From Bacteroidetes bacterium CG18_big_fil_WC_8_21_14_2_50_41_14 (lineage in GTDB: Bacteria; Bacteroidota; Bacteroidia; Bacteroidales; F082), in the NCBI GenBank assembly GCA_002771745.1, contig PCUL01000203.1:405-64404 (forward strand): a stretch of DNA of 64,000 bases, read 5' to 3'. Position 1 is the stretch's first letter. Each line of letters begins with the position of its first letter. Below are positions 10,801 to 20,615 of the stretch, piece after piece. The notes beneath the pieces were generated by a model. The model worked only from the letters and a program-made list of their open reading frames with translations, was not told the origin of the DNA and did no database searches. The position numbers and the translations under genes are program-made.

Positions 10801-11390
10801 AGCAGTTTGGCAATTTCTTCCTGATCCATGACTTCTACTTTCTGAAGTTCGTGCGAAGTTCTGAAGCCATCGAAGAAGTGCATGAATGGAACCCTGGATT
10901 TAATGGCTGCCAGATGGGCAATTCCGGCAAGGTCCATAATTTCCTGGGCACTGCTGGTGGCCAACATGGCAAACCCCGTTTGACGGGTACTCATCACATC
11001 ACTGTGGTCGCCAAAAATGGAAAGAGATTGGGCGGCCAAACTACGGGCACTTACGTGGAAAACACCCGGAAGCAATTCGCCGGATATTTTATACATGTTC
11101 GGGATCATGAGCAACAACCCCTGCGAAGCAGTAAAGGTAGTGGTTAAGGCACCTGCCTGAAGCGAACCATGCACAGCACCCGATGCTCCGCCTTCTGATT
11201 GCATTTCAGAAACTTTTACGGTTTCACCAAAAATATTTTTCTTGCCGCTTGCCGACCATTGATCGACATACTCGGCCATGTCGGACGAGGGAGTAATGGG
11301 GTAAATAGCAGCCACTTCACTAAACATATAGGCAATATATGCTGCGGCATAGTTTCCTTCACAAGTAATGAATTTCTTCTTATTTTTCAT
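7857..11390 (-). CDS. nifJ: Pyruvate:ferredoxin (flavodoxin) oxidoreductase
   Basis: 1177 aa single-chain PFOR. Two 4Fe-4S ferredoxin motifs (CIQCNQCAYVCPHAAIRP, CTGCDACAEVCP). TPP-binding region GGDGWAYDIGYGGLDH. Confidence 0.95.
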   Translation of the reverse strand: MKNKKKFITCEGNYAAAYIAYMFSEVAAIYPITPSSDMAEYVDQWSASGKKNIFGETVKVSEMQSEGGASGAVHGSLQAGALTTTFTASQGLLLMIPNMYKISGELLPGVFHVSARSLAAQSLSIFGDHSDVMSTRQTGFAMLATSSAQEIMDLAGIAHLAAIKSRVPFMHFFDGFRTSHELQKVEVMDQEEIAKLLDYDALQRFRDHALNPEHPVTRGTAQNPDIYFQSREAASKFYTGIPDMVEDYMQQLKKITGREYHPFTYYGSPDAENVIVAMGSITEVIKEVVDYKLANGEKAGVITVHLYRPFSEKYFMKACPKSVKRIAVLDRTKEIGANGEPMYLDIKELFYGKENAPVIVGGRYGLSSKDTTPAMMISVYDNLAAKNPKNQFTVGIVDDVMHTSLPLLPEINVAPKGTFAAKFYGLGADGTVGANKNSIKIIGDSTDKYCQAYFAYDSKKSGGITVSHLRFGDIPIRSHYLVNTPDFVACHVPAYLEKYDMLAGLKKGGTFLLNSIWDVEETKNRLPNHFKKYLAEKNITMYIINATKIAEEIGLGNRTNTIMQSAFFKVAEVIPYEDAVDEMKKAIRKSYGSKGEEIVNMNYAAVDSGDAVEKVDIPAEWSKLVIEKPKVDDSLPAFIRDVVNPINLQKGDSLPVSVFNGREDGTFPAGTTAYEKRGVAINVPEWLEENCIQCNQCAYVCPHAAIRPFLLTDEELAKAPEGTNAIQGLAGIKAYKYRIQVSTLDCTGCDACAEVCPSKVKSLVMKPIGTQLDEIDRWNYLNDVVGYKDEVVPKDQTVKNSQFAQPLFEFSGACAGCGETPYIKVVTQLFGDRMMVANATGCSSIYGGSAPSTPYCTDQKSGHGPAWANSLFEDNAEFGYGMSIATAKMRQRIQERMEQALKKEFSAASKEAMKEWIEGKDDAAKSILASAKVVAEFSKESDPLAKEILNLKQFLVKKSQWIFGGDGWAYDIGYGGLDHVLAQGEDVNVLVLDTEVYSNTGGQASKSTSIGAVAKFAASGKKTRKKDLGVMAMTYGYVYVAQIAMGASQSQTFKAIKEAEAYPGPSLIIAYSPCIAHGIKGGMGGAQNEEKFSVEAGYWQLYRYNPLMEAEGKNPFTLDSKEPDWTKFQSFLNNEVRYSSLKKAFPEEAKKLFKLAEESALWRYKNYKRMTEMDYSK

Positions 11391-11524
11391 CTTATGTTAT
11401 AATTAGAAAAAATGAGTTGATAATCAATTTGAAATTTGCTGCGAAATTACTCATTTCAATTGTCGGGTGCCCCCCTCCCATCCCAAATACTTAACCTTAA
11501 ACAACAATTTAAAATCATTATAGA

Positions 11525-11545
11525 TTGCAACTGCACACGTTGCAA
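11525..11545. promoter_or_regulatory. Palindromic candidate operator TTGCAAC-N7-GTTGCAA
   Basis: Perfect 7-bp arms separated by 7 nt, in the divergent nifJ / DHOD-like intergenic region, 54 nt upstream of the ATG at 11599. Confidence 0.25.
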
Positions 11546-11598
11546 AATGAAAAAACAGTAATTTTACAGATTTAAAAGACACTATAAATTTATTAGAT

Positions 11599-12609
11599 AT
11601 GGATCTTTCGACAACTTACCTAGGACTAAAACTTAAAAATCCGATCATCGTTGGGGCCAGCAATCTGGTCACCGACTTATCGATCATAAAAAAACTCGAA
11701 GACGCCGGAGCTGCTGCCATTGTTTATAAATCACTTTTTGAGGAGCAGATTCACCTGGAAAACCTGGAACTGGATCAGGATATGACTGATTACAATGACC
11801 GGAATGCTGAAATGACCAGCATTTTCCCAACCGATATGTATGAGGCAAGCCCTGACGAATTTTTGATGCACTTCAAGGAAGCCAGAAACACCGTCAGCAT
11901 TCCCATGATTGCCAGTTTGAACTGTGTATATGATGACACCTGGTACGAGTATGCCAAAAAGCTGGAAGAGGCCGGGGCAGATGCGCTCGAACTAAACTTT
12001 TACAATAACCCACGTGATTTTGACATGGAGGGTCGTTCAATCCTGAATGAAGAGCTGGACACCATTGAAGGCGTGAAGAGAACAGTTAAAATTCCCGTGA
12101 GTGTTAAACTCAGTCCTTTTTATACCAATCCACTTTATACAGTAAACGAAATGGACAAAAGAGGAACCAATGGTTTTGTGCTTTTTAACAAACTTTTCCA
12201 GCCCGACATCAACATCGACCTGGAAGAATTGCACTTCCCATACAACCTGAGTTCCGAACATGAATCAAGGCTTCCTTTGCGGTATGTGGGCATCCTGTAC
12301 GACAACATAAAAGCAGACCTTTGTGCCAACCGTGGGATTTTTACCGGGGAAGACGTGATTAAAATGATTCTGGCCGGTGCCAATGTGGTACAAATTGTGA
12401 GCACCATCTATAAACATGGTCCATCGCAAATAGCTAAAATGCTGGAGGATATGGAAATCTGGATGGCCAATAAGCAATACAACAACCTGAGCGAATTTCG
12501 TGGTAAATTGAGCAAGAAGAACATCAAAGACCCTTTTGCTTACCGCCGGGCACAGTATGTTGACATTTTAATGAAATCAGGAAAAATTTTTAAGGATTTT
12601 CCGATATAA
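11599..12609 (+). CDS. Dihydroorotate dehydrogenase-like (PyrD-family TIM-barrel flavoprotein) protein
   Basis: 336 aa. DHOD class-1-like motifs: NPIIVGASNL, ADALELNFY, IPVSVKLSP, GIFTGEDVIKMILAGANVVQI. Confidence 0.75.
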   Translation: MDLSTTYLGLKLKNPIIVGASNLVTDLSIIKKLEDAGAAAIVYKSLFEEQIHLENLELDQDMTDYNDRNAEMTSIFPTDMYEASPDEFLMHFKEARNTVSIPMIASLNCVYDDTWYEYAKKLEEAGADALELNFYNNPRDFDMEGRSILNEELDTIEGVKRTVKIPVSVKLSPFYTNPLYTVNEMDKRGTNGFVLFNKLFQPDINIDLEELHFPYNLSSEHESRLPLRYVGILYDNIKADLCANRGIFTGEDVIKMILAGANVVQIVSTIYKHGPSQIAKMLEDMEIWMANKQYNNLSEFRGKLSKKNIKDPFAYRRAQYVDILMKSGKIFKDFPI

Positions 12610-12632
12610 TAAACACGTTTCACTTTTTCGAT

Positions 12633-12666
12633 AGCCGTTTCCTTCCCAGGGAACGGCTTTTTTTTC
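12633..12666 (+). terminator. Rho-independent terminator
   Basis: AGCCGTT(T)CC ... GGAACGGCT stem followed by T9, 24 nt after the stop at 12609. Confidence 0.75.
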
Positions 12667-12809
12667 TTTAGCATATTTGTATTGAGTTAATATACGGGAG
12701 TATCTTACGCTCTTTAAATGAGTCAGCTTCCAGGTCATCATGTATGTATTGCCATTAACTTTAAAGGCAAAAATCCCTTTTATGATCAACTATATTTATT
12801 CTGGTACCA

Positions 12810-14999
12810 TTAAATCATATATTTACCAATGATGTCAATCAGCAAATCCTTTTGGATGGGCTTGGTGATATAGTCATCAAAGCCTGCTTGTATGATTCGG
12901 TCTTTATCATCTACCAGGGCGTAGGCAGTTTGTGCAATCACGGGCAAATCAGGTCTTTGGTTTCTGATTATTTTCAGGGCATCAAATCCATTCATTACTG
13001 GCATTTTGATGTCCATCAATACAAGCTTAATTTGAGGATTATTCTCACAAATTTTCACGGCTTCGAGCCCATTTGTTGCATGAATATATGGATATCGCTC
13101 TCCCTGGAACACTTCTTCAAAGTATTGAAAATTCAATTCATCATCTTCAACAATCAGCAACAAACTATGGTCGTTGAGGGTTACCCGTTTATGAACCAAC
13201 GGAGTTACTATTTCAGGGAGTTCCTCGTTTGATTCAATTAGTGGAATGGAAAAAGAAAAACGGGATCCTTTACCCGGCTCCGAAAATAATTCTATCTTCC
13301 CTCCCATCATCTCCACAAATGCTTTTGATATGGCAAGCCCCAAACCAAAACCGCCTCTGGCAAACTTTAGTTCTTCATCCACCTGCCGAAAACGGTTGAA
13401 TATCAATTCGTGGTATTTTCTATCAATTCCAATACCGGTATCCTCAACCCAAAAAAACAGTTCGCCCGGATCTTTTTTACGATACCCAAAGGCCACCCTT
13501 CCCTTTTCGGTGTATTTTAACGCGTTGGATATTAAGTTGATTAATATTTGCCTCAATTTAATTTCATCGGTAAATATCCGGAGTTCATCCTGGGGTATGT
13601 CGACAAGAAGTTTGATCGACTTCTCCTTTGGAATGGTTATATTAAGGGTCTGATACAGGTCATCGAAAAAACTATTTAGATTCACGGGGTCGGAATGGAG
13701 CTCGGTATAACCTGCCTCAATCCTGGATATTTCGATGATATCATTAATAATTGACAACAAGTGCCTGCCGCTCTTATGCACCACGTTAATGTAGTTTTCT
13801 CGGTCCTCACCATTCAAGTTTGGTTCTCTCAACAAATCGGTGAAACCCATAATGGCATTCATGGGGGTTCTGATTTCGTGCGAAAGATTTGCCAGGAAAG
13901 CCGATTTGAGGCGGTCACTTTCTTCTGCCTTTTCCTTGGCAATTACCAATTCCTTGTTTAGTAGTCTCTTTTGCCGATTTTTTTCCTCCAATTTTTTATT
14001 GGTTTCATGCAGCTGTTGCTCGAACAATTTTCTTTCAGTCAGGTCAACGCCCAGACAGGCCATACCAATGATTTCATTATTCTCGTTAAATAAACGGGTA
14101 TTATACCAGGACAGGAAAAATCGATCGCCATGCTTCCCTATAATTTCATTTTCAAAATTTTTTACAAAAGTATTTTCATTTAAACTGACAGTAAATTCGA
14201 GGTTAGTTGAATCTTTTAACTCTTTTGGCATAAAAAATTTATACCAGTTCTGATGTAATACCTCATCCTTGGTATACTTTGTGAGGTCAAGTAAATATTT
14301 ATTGCAGAAGGTAATATTTGCCTGTGTATCCAGGATAATAGAAACTATATTTCCGCTTTTCATAATCTGGCTCAACCTTCGCTCCAATTCGGTCAATTTT
14401 TTAAACACAAACCGATTTTGGACATTTTTTGTTTGATTGAGCATGAAGATACCAAGCAACATGGTGCCTGGAGAATAAATGAATATCAGCGGCAAGGCAA
14501 TGTTGCTGATGGTTGACAAAAAAGTACCGGAAGGTAGAAAAACCGTACACCCCAACATGGCAAGATGAACCAATAACCCCATCAACAACAGGTCTATATA
14601 AACATTTTTAATGGAAAATAGGTGATGGAATTTAGCCCATAACAACCCGATAGAGCCAGATGAAATGATAACGGCTATGCCCATCCACATACCATCACCT
14701 CCAAGCCAGAATCTCAGCAAGGCGGTCATCAACATGGCAATTAGGGTAGGAATAAAACCGAAAAATAAACCTGAAACGGCTAACAAGATGGACCGTGTGT
14801 CGAAAATAAGACCCGGCATCAAAGTCCATGGAGTAAACATGAGCAGTATTCCGATACCACCTATGATTATTCCGGAAATAAGTTTTGAAGAGATACTTTT
14901 TCGGTCTACCTTTTTTAACCAAACAGTTTCGTAAAGCAGTGCGAATGCCAACAATATGCCAATGTTTTGTAGTAAACCAATGATGATCGACTCTTTCAT
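12810..14999 (-). CDS. Hybrid sensor histidine kinase/response regulator with a LytS-type 5TM sensor domain
   Basis: N-terminal multi-TM block, PAS-like segment, HisKA (FLANLSHEIRTPMNAI), HATPase_c (VEDTGIGI, GGFGLGLAISK), C-terminal receiver (LLIVEDDELN ... LVLMDIKMP). Confidence 0.85.
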   Translation of the reverse strand: MKESIIIGLLQNIGILLAFALLYETVWLKKVDRKSISSKLISGIIIGGIGILLMFTPWTLMPGLIFDTRSILLAVSGLFFGFIPTLIAMLMTALLRFWLGGDGMWMGIAVIISSGSIGLLWAKFHHLFSIKNVYIDLLLMGLLVHLAMLGCTVFLPSGTFLSTISNIALPLIFIYSPGTMLLGIFMLNQTKNVQNRFVFKKLTELERRLSQIMKSGNIVSIILDTQANITFCNKYLLDLTKYTKDEVLHQNWYKFFMPKELKDSTNLEFTVSLNENTFVKNFENEIIGKHGDRFFLSWYNTRLFNENNEIIGMACLGVDLTERKLFEQQLHETNKKLEEKNRQKRLLNKELVIAKEKAEESDRLKSAFLANLSHEIRTPMNAIMGFTDLLREPNLNGEDRENYINVVHKSGRHLLSIINDIIEISRIEAGYTELHSDPVNLNSFFDDLYQTLNITIPKEKSIKLLVDIPQDELRIFTDEIKLRQILINLISNALKYTEKGRVAFGYRKKDPGELFFWVEDTGIGIDRKYHELIFNRFRQVDEELKFARGGFGLGLAISKAFVEMMGGKIELFSEPGKGSRFSFSIPLIESNEELPEIVTPLVHKRVTLNDHSLLLIVEDDELNFQYFEEVFQGERYPYIHATNGLEAVKICENNPQIKLVLMDIKMPVMNGFDALKIIRNQRPDLPVIAQTAYALVDDKDRIIQAGFDDYITKPIQKDLLIDIIGKYMI

Positions 15000-15189
15000 T
15001 TAGAGGAATAAAGTACGCCAGGTAAAAAAAGGCTAATTTACAACAAAAAACTGGCTCTTCAACAATCTGATGGTTAATTAAATAGGTGGAAAACCAAAAA
15101 AAACGCCAGTATATCTTAGAAATGAATCACTTAAAAAGGGGAATACAATAATTGCCGCGTTTCCTGATTTCGAATTTTCTTCGTTAAAA

Positions 15190-16359
15190 TTATTTTTTTA
15201 AATTATCGGTCAGCTTTATACGCCTATTATCCTGATAAACAACGACAAAAGCATCTGATATCCCCCGTTGTTTCAGCTCCCGACTGTAGATAAGCGCCTG
15301 TTGGTAATTTGAGAAACTACCGACAGAGTACCGGTAAACCCCATCCTGAAAATTTTCGAATATTTCACCAGACAAGCCAAACTTCTTTTTTAGTCCATCC
15401 ACCGATCGCACTGATTGATTTTTTGCCAAAATCTGCACACGATAAACCATCCCTTTTAAATTGCCTGAAGGTGAAACCGGTGCTTGGTCAATAACCTCCG
15501 GAACAGTTGATTTTACCGTTTTAGCCTCCGGCTTTACAGGCTGCTTTCGATAATCATACAATGGAATTTGATCGATGTTCTTCTGACTTTGGATCACCGC
15601 ATCGCTCATGCGGGGTCGTTCACCCTTTGTTTTACGCGTTTTTTGCTTGTCTTTGGAATCGAAATAATATGAAATGCCTATTTGCGTGTAAAAGGGCTGA
15701 TCATATTTAAATCCATCGACCCACATATCCACATCATCGCTAAGAACTGTATGCAGATTCCCTTCAAAGTTAAGCGCCCAGTTATTTCCCAACAAATAAT
15801 TCACACCAAGACCAATAGGAACTACGACTCCTGATTTTTTGGTGGCGGTTCCGTTAACGGCATCACCACTATTGATTACCAGACCAGACAAATGATCTGT
15901 CAATTGATTGTTCCACCCTGAATAACCCAAACCAATGGTAGAATAAAAGCTAACGTTGCGGTGAGCCTCACCCCAGAAAAGATTGTTCAAATCAACATAC
16001 AAGTGCACACTGCCGTCGTAGTATTTACCCGACAATTCAAAATCGACTACGGCTCCTGTCGCAGCTTTTTGCTTGTGGCTCTTAAGCGATGAATAGTAAA
16101 AACCGGCTCCCAGGGCGATGGTTGGCGTTAAAAACTTCCTTGCCATCATTCCGGTTCCAAACGCGCTTTCACCCGACATTTTTTTAAAATAACCATTGTT
16201 ACTTGCATCGCCATAATACTGGGTAAGGCCAATATGATAATTAAATTGCCATTCGTGCGATAAGTTATCCTTAGTAGAAAAAGCTGGTGATTGTCCAGAT
16301 ACTCCCTGTGACAGCATCAATAGAATTGCTAGCGAAATAAAGAGGTACGATCTGGGCAT
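15190..16359 (-). CDS. Outer-membrane beta-barrel protein with C-terminal SPOR domain
   Basis: Signal peptide. Gly/Tyr-rich barrel-like N-terminal half. SPOR-like end: YRVQILAKNQSV ... GVYRYSVGSFSNYQQALIYSRELKQRGISDAFVVVY. Confidence 0.65.
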   Translation of the reverse strand: MPRSYLFISLAILLMLSQGVSGQSPAFSTKDNLSHEWQFNYHIGLTQYYGDASNNGYFKKMSGESAFGTGMMARKFLTPTIALGAGFYYSSLKSHKQKAATGAVVDFELSGKYYDGSVHLYVDLNNLFWGEAHRNVSFYSTIGLGYSGWNNQLTDHLSGLVINSGDAVNGTATKKSGVVVPIGLGVNYLLGNNWALNFEGNLHTVLSDDVDMWVDGFKYDQPFYTQIGISYYFDSKDKQKTRKTKGERPRMSDAVIQSQKNIDQIPLYDYRKQPVKPEAKTVKSTVPEVIDQAPVSPSGNLKGMVYRVQILAKNQSVRSVDGLKKKFGLSGEIFENFQDGVYRYSVGSFSNYQQALIYSRELKQRGISDAFVVVYQDNRRIKLTDNLKK

Positions 16360-16381
16360 AGTCTAATTATAGGCTAAAATG

Positions 16382-17596
16382 TTATTGGCAATAGTTCAAC
16401 AAGTAATCGTGTGCCGGGCCAAAGCCAAACTCCAGGGCTTTATTCCAGTCTTTGCAAGCGCCGGTCATGTCGTGCAAATAGTATTTTGCTACACCCCTGT
16501 TGAAATAATTTTTCACCCAATTGGAGTAATCCATCACATCATCAGGTTGAAAATCGAGTGCCTTGTCAAAATCATCGATGGCATCATCATAGAGGCGCAT
16601 TTTGCTGCGTGCGTTACCGCGGAAGGAGTAAATCAGGAAATCGGGAGTGTCAGGATTTTCTTCCAATGCTGTATCAAAAAACTCAATGGCAGCCGGAAAA
16701 TCACCCATTTGATATTTAAGAATCCCCCAGTTAAAATTATTGGTATAGGCATCATTTTCGGCTAAGGGATTGTCCGGGTTGGTGACCTCAAGGACAAACT
16801 CCTGGGCATCACGGACTAGTGATTTAAACCGAAATAATTTTGTTTCATAAAAAGTCATGTCAAAGTTCTTTACCCAGTTTTCAGGAGCTGCATAATAGCT
16901 GACCAGATATTTTTTACGAAACGATCTGATTAATTTAAACCTGACTACCTCTTCTTCCCCATTTTTAATTGGAAAAACAGCAAACACCAAGTTCCAGTCG
17001 TTCACTGTTTCACCACGTTCAATGCTTTGAATGGCCCTTATTATTTCATCATCCTCAACCTTTTGCTCAAAGTTTTTAACTGTTCCGCGCGTATACAAGT
17101 TTAAATCAACTGCATAGGCCTTGTTGAACGGAATTACGACTGGAAGCATATCATCAAGCTTCTTGCTTTTAAACACGTAAAAATCAAGGGATTTATATCC
17201 TCTCCACCCTTCTCCCAATACAGGAAACTCATACTCACCATCGTGGTATTTTTTTACCAGGACATTGTATTGTTCGTTGCCAATCATTACTTTTCGGATT
17301 TGAAGGGAAATGATATTGTCTTGTCCTAATTTACGTTCCGAGCCTGTATTTTTGTTGGTACGTTCATCGGTAAAAGGGATCCTGTTAGCAGCTGAAAGCC
17401 AGCGCCCATTGTCTTGCTTCGACCAACCGGTTAGCTGGTTCAGTTCAGATTGTACCGGACTTAATGAGCTAAAGTTAACCAGTTCAACATCTACTTGCTG
17501 ACCCAGATCTATTTGTGAGCTGGCCGGGTAGCCACCGAAGCAGAACATGCCTACCAATAGAAAAAACTTAAAGCTTATAATTTGTTCTTTAAACAT
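16382..17596 (-). CDS. Hypothetical secreted protein with C-terminal TPR repeats
   Basis: Signal-like N-terminus. TPR-type repeats in the last ~130 aa (GDFPAAIEFFDTALEENPD, YDDAIDDFDKALDFQPD, GACKDWNKALEFG). Lies 22 nt upstream of the SPOR gene on the same strand. Confidence 0.6.
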   Translation of the reverse strand: MFKEQIISFKFFLLVGMFCFGGYPASSQIDLGQQVDVELVNFSSLSPVQSELNQLTGWSKQDNGRWLSAANRIPFTDERTNKNTGSERKLGQDNIISLQIRKVMIGNEQYNVLVKKYHDGEYEFPVLGEGWRGYKSLDFYVFKSKKLDDMLPVVIPFNKAYAVDLNLYTRGTVKNFEQKVEDDEIIRAIQSIERGETVNDWNLVFAVFPIKNGEEEVVRFKLIRSFRKKYLVSYYAAPENWVKNFDMTFYETKLFRFKSLVRDAQEFVLEVTNPDNPLAENDAYTNNFNWGILKYQMGDFPAAIEFFDTALEENPDTPDFLIYSFRGNARSKMRLYDDAIDDFDKALDFQPDDVMDYSNWVKNYFNRGVAKYYLHDMTGACKDWNKALEFGFGPAHDYLLNYCQ

Positions 17597-17888
17597 GAAG
17601 TATTTTGGTTTATCATCAAACTAAGCCAACCGGGTAAATTTATAAATTTTCAGCCGGACAGCGTTCAAGGTTCATTTTTTTATTAAAAATGTTATTAACA
17701 AGCCAAATCAATTAACAAAATTGATCTATTTAGCTGAAATTAAACAAGATAAATAAGTCGAATTCATCAGGTTATTATTTTGAAACAGGTCTTATAAAAG
17801 AATTAAAAGGTTTACACCTTGAAAATTAGTAAGCATTTACCCTCGTTATCATCCATAAACCCATCAAATATTTACTTATAACTACGAA

Positions 17889-20519
17889 CTAACCCAACAA
17901 GTTTTTCACAGCGGCAATGGCCGAATCGATGCCTTCGGCCTCTTTACCTCCGGCAGTAGCCATGTGCGGCTGACCACCTCCGCTTCCTTTTATATAGGTT
18001 GCTACCTGCCTAATGGCTGCGGCGGCATCAAACTGTTTATTCGCTATGAGTTCATCTGAAGCTGCTATCACCAGATTGACCTTGTTTTCGTGTACAGCAC
18101 CAATCACCACAACCACATTTGTACCCATGGTACGTAGTTTCTGTGCCAATAGCTTGGCCTGGTTTACATCCATGGTAAATTTACCCGAAACAAATCGCAT
18201 TTGTGCTAATTCAATGCCATTGTCAAAAAGCTGACCCGCCAGTTGAGTTGCTTTTTCCCTTTGCAGTGATTCAATTTCTTTTTGAAGAAGGACATTCTTC
18301 TCTAATGTCTGCACTACTGCGAGCAAAGTATTCGACTGATTTTTAAACTGATTACTGATTAGGTGAAGTGTATCAAGTTGATCCTGTACATATTTTTCGG
18401 CGTGCGACCCCGTTAAAGCCTCTATGCGACGCACTCCGGCCGCTATACCACTTTCAGAAACAATCTTAAACAATCCAATATTTCCAGTTGCGGAAGTATG
18501 GGTTCCACCGCATAATTCAACCGAAAACCGGGGATCAAAGGTCACCACACGAACTTCCTCTCCATATTTTTCTCCAAACAAGGCCATTGCCCCCATTTCG
18601 AGCGCTTTTTTGATAGGGACGTTTTCTTTTGTTTCCCCTGAAAGATTTTCGCGTATCTTTTTATTTACAATCAGTTCAACTTGCCTGATCTCGTCTGGAG
18701 TCATCTTTGAATAATGAGAGAAGTCGAACCTGAGTCTTCCTGCATCAACCAACGATCCCTTTTGTTCAACATGCATCCCGATAACCTGCCGCAACGCTGC
18801 ATGCATCAGGTGCGTGGCGGTGTGATTATTGGCAGTAAGCTGCCTTTTTTCGGCATTTACAACCGCCTCGAAAACAGCTTCAGGATTTTTCGGCAGGTTG
18901 TTTAAATAATGAACGATGAGGTTGTTCTCTTTTTTTGTATCTACTACTTCAAGCGTTTCGGTCTTAGAAACCAAAAGGCCGATATCGCCTGCTTGCCCTC
19001 CTGATTCGGCATAAAATGGAGTTCGGTTAAGCACCACCTCAAAGTTGGTTTTCTTTTTAGCAATTACTTTACGGTATTTAATGATTCGGATCTCGGCAAC
19101 CAGCTGGTGATACCCCACAAAGCCTTCCGAGACACTGGTTCCTGGTAATTCAATCCAATCGCCTGTTTCAACGGAGGCTGCACTTCTCGAACGTTGTTTT
19201 TGCTCGTCTAATCCCTTATTAAATCCATCCATATCAACAGAATAGCCTTTCTCACGGGCGATTAACTGAGTTAAATCGATGGGAAAACCAAAGGTGTCGA
19301 ACAACTCGAAAGCAAAAGCCCCGTTAATTATTTTTTGATCATTTAGTTGTAGAATATACTGATCAAACTTTTTGATTCCTTGGGCAAGTGTTCGCAAAAA
19401 AGACTGTTCTTCTTCCTTAATTACCTGAATAATAAATTCTTTCTGGGAGGCCAATTCGGGAAAAACTGTGCCCATTTGGCTGGCTAAAATGGGGACAAGT
19501 TGAAACATAAATGGTTCCTCGAAATTCAGAAAAGTAAAACCATATCGAACCGCCCGCCGTAAGATCCGTCGAATGACATAACCGGCCCCGGTATTTGATG
19601 GAAGTTGACCATCTGCCACAGCAAACGAAACCGCCCTGATGTGATCGGAAATTACCCGAATGGCAATATCCTTATTTTTATCTGAATGGTAGGTTGTTCC
19701 GGCCATTCTGGCCACTTCGCTAATTAAAGGTGCAAACACGTCTGTATCATAGTTTGAGCGTACGCCCTGGATTACCATCGAAAGTCGTTCAAATCCCATC
19801 CCTGTATCCACATGTTTGGCAGCCAGAGGCTCTAACTTGCCGGAAGAAAGGCGGTTAAACTCAATGAACACCAGGTTCCATATTTCAATCACTTCGGGAT
19901 GATCTTGATTAACTAAATCTTTCCCATTGATTTTGGCTTTTTCTTCTTTTGAACGAATATCGACATGGATTTCCGAACAGGGTCCGCATGGGCCTGTGTC
20001 GCCCATTTCCCAAAAGTTATCTTTTTTCGAACCCAATAGAATATGGGATGAAGGTACCGTCCTGGCCCAAAAATCATAGGCTTCCTGATCCATGGGCAAA
20101 CCATCTGCTTGATCTCCCTCGAAAACAGTAATGTATAGATTTTCTTTATCAATTTTCAGTACTTCAGTCAGCAATTCCCACGCCCAATCGATGGCCTCCT
20201 TTTTAAAATAAGAACCTTGCACTCCTCCAAACGACCAATTGCCGAGCATCTCGAACATGGTATGGTGATAGGTGTCGTGACCTACTTCTTCAAGGTCGTT
20301 GTGTTTTCCACTCACCCGCAAACACTTTTGAGTATCAGCTACCCGTGCATAAGTCGCCGGTGAATTGCCCAAAAACACATCCTTAAACTGGTTCATGCCG
20401 GCATTGGTGAACATGAGGGTTGGGTCGTTTTTTACAACCATGGGAGCTGAAGGCACCAGCTGGTGCTGCTTCTGCTTAAAAAAATCGAGGAAAGCATTAC
20501 GAATTTCTACGGATTTCAT
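17889..20519 (-). CDS. alaS: Alanine--tRNA ligase
   Basis: 876 aa. Class II motifs (FTNAGMNQFK, RVSGKHNDLEEVG), editing-domain HxxxH (HTATHLMHAAL), C-terminal DHHA1-like end. Confidence 0.97.
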   Translation of the reverse strand: MKSVEIRNAFLDFFKQKQHQLVPSAPMVVKNDPTLMFTNAGMNQFKDVFLGNSPATYARVADTQKCLRVSGKHNDLEEVGHDTYHHTMFEMLGNWSFGGVQGSYFKKEAIDWAWELLTEVLKIDKENLYITVFEGDQADGLPMDQEAYDFWARTVPSSHILLGSKKDNFWEMGDTGPCGPCSEIHVDIRSKEEKAKINGKDLVNQDHPEVIEIWNLVFIEFNRLSSGKLEPLAAKHVDTGMGFERLSMVIQGVRSNYDTDVFAPLISEVARMAGTTYHSDKNKDIAIRVISDHIRAVSFAVADGQLPSNTGAGYVIRRILRRAVRYGFTFLNFEEPFMFQLVPILASQMGTVFPELASQKEFIIQVIKEEEQSFLRTLAQGIKKFDQYILQLNDQKIINGAFAFELFDTFGFPIDLTQLIAREKGYSVDMDGFNKGLDEQKQRSRSAASVETGDWIELPGTSVSEGFVGYHQLVAEIRIIKYRKVIAKKKTNFEVVLNRTPFYAESGGQAGDIGLLVSKTETLEVVDTKKENNLIVHYLNNLPKNPEAVFEAVVNAEKRQLTANNHTATHLMHAALRQVIGMHVEQKGSLVDAGRLRFDFSHYSKMTPDEIRQVELIVNKKIRENLSGETKENVPIKKALEMGAMALFGEKYGEEVRVVTFDPRFSVELCGGTHTSATGNIGLFKIVSESGIAAGVRRIEALTGSHAEKYVQDQLDTLHLISNQFKNQSNTLLAVVQTLEKNVLLQKEIESLQREKATQLAGQLFDNGIELAQMRFVSGKFTMDVNQAKLLAQKLRTMGTNVVVVIGAVHENKVNLVIAASDELIANKQFDAAAAIRQVATYIKGSGGGQPHMATAGGKEAEGIDSAIAAVKNLLG

Positions 20520-20587
20520 AGAATTTTAGTTAACAATTATTTGTTTATATTTACGAATTTTTAAGATGCAAATGTAGCCTAATTTAT

Positions 20588-20595
20588 TAATTTTG
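20588..20595 (+). promoter_or_regulatory. -7 promoter box TAATTTTG
   Basis: Exact TAnnTTTG 20 nt upstream of the ATG at 20616. This argues against the GTG at 20601 used by the ORF track. Confidence 0.4.
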
Positions 20596-20615
20596 CCCCA
20601 GTGTTAATTTCATCT

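Noticed and set aside
12718-12810. 31-codon plus-strand ORF (MSQLPGHHVCIAINFKGKNPFYDQLYLFWYH) between the terminator at 12666 and the kinase gene.
   Set aside because: It has no promoter box or recognisable features, and it runs into the convergent kinase stop. It is probably chance.
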